From positions 62,001 through 126,000 of the forward strand of contig NW_026861124.1 in assembly GCF_026571515.1 (NCBI RefSeq): a stretch of DNA of 64,000 nt, in the 5' to 3' direction. Each line of letters opens with the position of its first letter. The first letter of the stretch is position 1. A program made the translations under genes and the position numbers. Shown in pieces: positions 63,713 through 64,000 of the stretch. Source of the stretch: Ruditapes philippinarum. Taxonomy: Eukaryota. A model generated the notes under the pieces. It made no database searches. It was not told the DNA's origin and saw only the letters and a list, made by a program, of their open reading frames with translations.

Positions 63713-64000
63713 GTTAGTATAATACAATGTTTAATCTGTTTTCCAAGTCCTTGATGCCAGTTGATGGTATATGTTTTTATCATTTATCACAGAAGGAATA
63801 TTTCTATGCTCCATTACTACAACAGACTTTTCATAAATGTGAATAAGTATGCAAAACAAGTTTTCACCCCACTCAAAGGTCTGGGTCACACTTGTGGGTT
63901 AGCGCAAAACCCGTGTCCAGAGCTTAACTTGTACATGCATGGAGGAATTGTAATATATCTTGAGTGCAAATATTCTCCATAGTTGTTCTCCATGTTGAGT

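Overview
AT-rich, intron-rich animal genomic DNA. The repeat landscape (Helentron/HINE-type elements with internal ~145-163 bp arrays, TA- and TTAA-targeting MITEs, tRNA-derived SINEs) resembles bivalve molluscs, but that is inference. Almost the whole window is the interior of one very large + strand gene that the ORF track shows only in fragments. I read 61 exon positions (58 clean, 3 garbled in a low-quality assembly stretch), about 7.5 kb of coding sequence or roughly 2,500 aa, open at both ends. Two 5' exons encode an ADAMTS/ADAM-type Cys-rich (disintegrin-like) module end (DMC...YC...C.C...ASGTPCGHAR|VCRKGQCV). Three divergent EGF/EB-like exons follow, then 28 strictly alternating pairs of phase-1 symmetric exons: type A (usually 126 nt, 7 Cys, LCDPC...YRCECP...VQIGD.C) and type B (usually 123 nt, 6 Cys, two NG[T/S] sequons). 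Intronic highlights: a ~40-copy 27-bp minisatellite made from the exon B12 splice donor, giving about 11 extra in-frame donors; a duplicated acceptor that could form a 48-nt mini-exon; an inverted Penelope-like retroelement with hammerhead ribozymes; a 5'-truncated LINE; nested HINEs; many MITEs. About 16.4-21.0 kb is error-rich sequence, and there are two N gaps. Exon coordinates were read by eye from AG/GT boundaries and have no transcript support.
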